From contig CAZADJ010000004.1 in the NCBI GenBank assembly GCA_964483845.1, positions 1-35,371 on the forward strand: a stretch of DNA of 35,371 nucleotides, in the 5' to 3' direction. Position 1 is the stretch's first letter. Each line of letters begins with the position of its first letter. Made by a program: the position numbers and the translations under genes. The DNA is from an uncultured Actinomycetota bacterium (GTDB lineage: Bacteria; Actinomycetota; Nitriliruptoria; Nitriliruptorales; JAHWKO01). Below the pieces are notes generated by a model. It was not told the DNA's origin and did no database searches. It saw nothing but the letters and a program-made list of their open reading frames with translations. This document shows, piece after piece, positions 33,374 to 35,371 of the stretch.

Positions 33374-34298
33374 CGTCGCCCTCCTCCGCGTAGTACGCGA
33401 GGAAGAGCTGCTCGAGGTCGGGCTCGTAGCTCGCCAGCGTGACCACCTCGTGCTCGGCCACCGCCTTCACGAGCGCGTCCATCGGCCCGTCGACGAGGAG
33501 CCGGACGAGGTCGCCGTAGCCCTCCACCGACTGCACGCCCTCCAGACGTTCGAACGGCTCGGTCGGCACCTCGGCGGCGAAGCGGATCTCCACGCGGCGC
33601 GGCGTCCGTGCCTTCAGGTCCTCGATCGTGTCGACGGCGATGAGGTGGCCGCCGCGGATGATCGCGACGCGGTCGGCGACCGCCTCGACCTCGGCGAGGA
33701 TGTGGGACGAGAGGAAGACGGTCCGGCCCGCCGCCCGTGTCTCGCGGACGAGCTCGTTGAACTCCTGCTGGATGAGTGGGTCGAGGCCCCGCGTGGGCTC
33801 GTCGAGGATCAGCAGCTCGGGATCGCCCATGAAGGCCTGGACGAGGCCGACCTTCTGGCGGTTCCCGGTCGACAGCGCGCGGGTGCGGCGCGTGCGGTCG
33901 AGGTCGAACCGCGCGCACAGCGCGTCGACCCGACCCGCGTCGACACCGCCGCGGAGGTGCCCGTACCACGTCAGAGCCTGCTGGACGGTCAGGTCGGCGG
34001 GCAGCGCGAGCTCGCCCGGCAGGTAGCCGATGCGCCGGCGGAGCGCGACGCCGCCCGCCTGCGGCTCGTGGCCGAGCACCTCCGCCCGCCCGGACGTCGG
34101 CCGGATGAGGTCGAGCAGGCAGCGGATCGTCGTCGACTTCCCGGCCCCGTTGGGACCGAGGAAGCCGAAGACCTCGCCGCGCTCGACACGCAGGTCGAGG
34201 CCGTCGATGCCGACCACCGGTCCGTAGTGCTTCGTCAGGGCTTCGGTGCGGATGACCACACGGACCTGTCCGATCGGGGGCGCGCGAGGGCCGCCCAT
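33363..34298 (-). CDS. ABC transporter ATP-binding protein (DrrA/ABC-2 exporter type)
   Basis: It has Walker A GPNGAGKSTT, signature LSTGNRQKV, Walker B LLILDEPTRGLD and H-loop LSSH, plus a C-terminal accessory domain. The start is ATG 34298 or a nearby GTG. Confidence 0.9.
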   Translation of the reverse strand: MGGPRAPPIGQVRVVIRTEALTKHYGPVVGIDGLDLRVERGEVFGFLGPNGAGKSTTIRCLLDLIRPTSGRAEVLGHEPQAGGVALRRRIGYLPGELALPADLTVQQALTWYGHLRGGVDAGRVDALCARFDLDRTRRTRALSTGNRQKVGLVQAFMGDPELLILDEPTRGLDPLIQQEFNELVRETRAAGRTVFLSSHILAEVEAVADRVAIIRGGHLIAVDTIEDLKARTPRRVEIRFAAEVPTEPFERLEGVQSVEGYGDLVRLLVDGPMDALVKAVAEHEVVTLASYEPDLEQLFLAYYAEEGDGAG

Positions 34299-34325
34299 GG
34301 TGCCAGACCAGACCCGTGGAGGGCG

Positions 34326-34628
34326 TCAGTCCCAGACGCGGTCGAGGTGCCAGCCCTCGGGCCGGCTGACGAGCTCGTAGACGCCCTGCGCGGCGACGTC
34401 GGGGTGCCCGTTGCGCGCCTCGACCCGCCAGAGGTCGGCCTGCTCGATCCGGATCGCCCGGCCGCCGCTCCGCCGCCACCAGCCGGGGTCCTCCCGCCAG
34501 TGGCCGAGCACCCGGGTGACGCGGTAAGGCCGACCGCGCCAGCGGAACGAGACCGGGACGACCCGGCCCGCCTCCTCGCCCACCTCGACCCGATCGAGCG
34601 GCTCGCGGTACCGCTTCGTCACCACCAC
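34326..34628 (-). CDS. Small conserved protein, DUF6504-like (SOS-box controlled)
   Basis: The sequence is VTKRYREPLDRVEV...FRWRGRPYRVTRVLGHWRE...DLWRVEA...GVYELVSRPEGWHLDRVWD. Three consecutive in-frame GTGs end at 34622, 34625 and 34628, with GGGGG just upstream. The track ORF start at 34706 would lie upstream of the predicted promoter -10 and SOS box, so it is unlikely. The family call is from memory only. Confidence 0.6.
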   Translation of the reverse strand: MVVTKRYREPLDRVEVGEEAGRVVPVSFRWRGRPYRVTRVLGHWREDPGWWRRSGGRAIRIEQADLWRVEARNGHPDVAAQGVYELVSRPEGWHLDRVWD

Positions 34629-34659
34629 ACCCCCGACGGAGCACGGCTCCGGGTCGATC

Positions 34660-34673
34660 CGAACACCTGTTCG
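34660..34673. promoter_or_regulatory. LexA/Cheo-type SOS box CGAACacctGTTCG
   Basis: This 14-mer is identical to the dinB/VOC box core (24711-24724). It begins 4 nt downstream of the -10 hexamer of the promoter listed next. Confidence 0.75.
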
Positions 34674-34677
34674 ACCA

Positions 34678-34706
34678 ACGTTAGCCCTGCCCGACCGCGG
34701 GGTCAA
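34678..34706 (-). promoter_or_regulatory. Promoter TTGACC (34701-34706), 17-nt spacer, TAACGT (34678-34683)
   Basis: The hexamers are near consensus at canonical spacing on the minus strand. The promoter lies directly upstream of the SOS box and the small gene + ABC operon. Confidence 0.65.
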
Positions 34707-34727
34707 CCGTGCTCGGCGCGGGAGATC

Positions 34728-35371
34728 TCAGCCCTCCCCGTCCTCCTCCACCGCCTCCTCCTCCAGGAGCGCCGCGTGGGCGTCGAGCAGGGTCGCCGCG
34801 GCGTCCGCCGCGATCTCGTCGACCGGCTCCCCCAGGGCGAGACGTCCGTTCCAGGCAGCCAGCCGCTCCGTGGTCAGCACCTCACCGAAGGGTGCCAACG
34901 CCGCCTCGATCCCCTCGTGCTCCGCGAGCACCGACTCCGGGACGACGGCAGCGACGATGAAGGCCGGGAACGTCCGCTGCGGGTCGCTCAGCGGGCGCAA
35001 CCCAGCGACCCAGGCGTGACCGTCGGTCGCGGTGGTCAGCCCGGCGACGCACCCGCCGCGCGTCACCCCGACGACCGCCTCCTCCGGTGGCGCGGCGAGC
35101 AGCTGGTTGGCGAGGACCTCGTCGTGGACGCTGTACAGGCGGGCCAGCTCCGCGAAGCCGTCGGGCCGCTCGGCGAAGTCGGGATCGACGCAGAGCATCG
35201 CGTCCGGGTCGGTGTTCACCGCGACGACGAGGTCCGTCAGGGTCTCGTGGACCGCGGTCGTCGCCGGCGGTCCCGCGACGACGAACGCGAAGGTCGCGTT
35301 CGCTCCCGTCGGCGGAAGCCACACCAGCCCCCGTCGCGCGTCCGCCTCGCGCACCCGCTCGTAGGAGGTCG
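34728..35371 (-). CDS. OpuAC-like (glycine betaine/osmoprotectant type) substrate-binding domain protein, 5'-truncated by the window edge
   Basis: The frame stays open to the window end. The C-terminal part LRPLSDPQRTFPAFIVAAVVPESVLAEHEGIEAALAPFGEVLTTERLAAWNGRL resembles the L..L.D....FPAYN..PVVR......P.....L tail of OpuAC-family binding proteins. The assignment is by eye. Confidence 0.5.
   Translation of the reverse strand, partial: TSYERVREADARRGLVWLPPTGANATFAFVVAGPPATTAVHETLTDLVVAVNTDPDAMLCVDPDFAERPDGFAELARLYSVHDEVLANQLLAAPPEEAVVGVTRGGCVAGLTTATDGHAWVAGLRPLSDPQRTFPAFIVAAVVPESVLAEHEGIEAALAPFGEVLTTERLAAWNGRLALGEPVDEIAADAAATLLDAHAALLEEEAVEEDGEG

Overview
High-GC (roughly 72-74% by eye) Actinomycetota chromosomal segment. 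No rRNA, tRNA, CRISPR array, transposase or integrase was recognised. (1) 1-14150, minus strand: a complete, almost gapless dcw division/cell-wall cluster, mraZ-rsmH-ftsL-ftsI-murE-murF-mraY-murD-ftsW-murG-murC-ftsQ, followed by the first 20 codons of ftsZ. Most junctions are ATGA/GTGA stop-start overlaps. (2) 14151-14633: a repeat-dense 483-bp mraZ control region with a good promoter, four TTGACG repeats in 11-bp phase, GTGG repeats and two minisatellite-like tandem repeats. (3) 14634-21523: a TetR-HNH bicistron. Divergent from it is a four-gene operon (83-aa C4 zinc-ribbon protein, MoxR AAA+ ATPase, DUF58, membrane transglutaminase) with a clear promoter and a pair of palindromic operators, followed by a DUF3040 gene. 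This operon and its control region are my main candidate for an under-described system. (4) 21648-23230: enoyl-CoA hydratase and a Cys-rich conserved protein. (5) 23393-34706: an SOS-flavoured region with three Cheo/LexA-type boxes (CGAAC-N4-GTTCG). These lie in front of dinB (shared with a divergent VOC/glyoxalase-fold gene), an orphan dnaE2, and a small DUF6504-like gene followed by a DrrAB-like ABC-2 exporter. Two tandem paralogous LytM/M23-like secreted proteins sit co-directionally downstream of dnaE2. (6) The right edge holds a truncated OpuAC-like substrate-binding gene. Most long ORFs in the supplied track that lie antisense to, or out of frame with, these genes are Arg/Pro/Gly/Ala-rich high-GC artefacts. 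All family assignments come from reading motifs by eye; no database search was possible.
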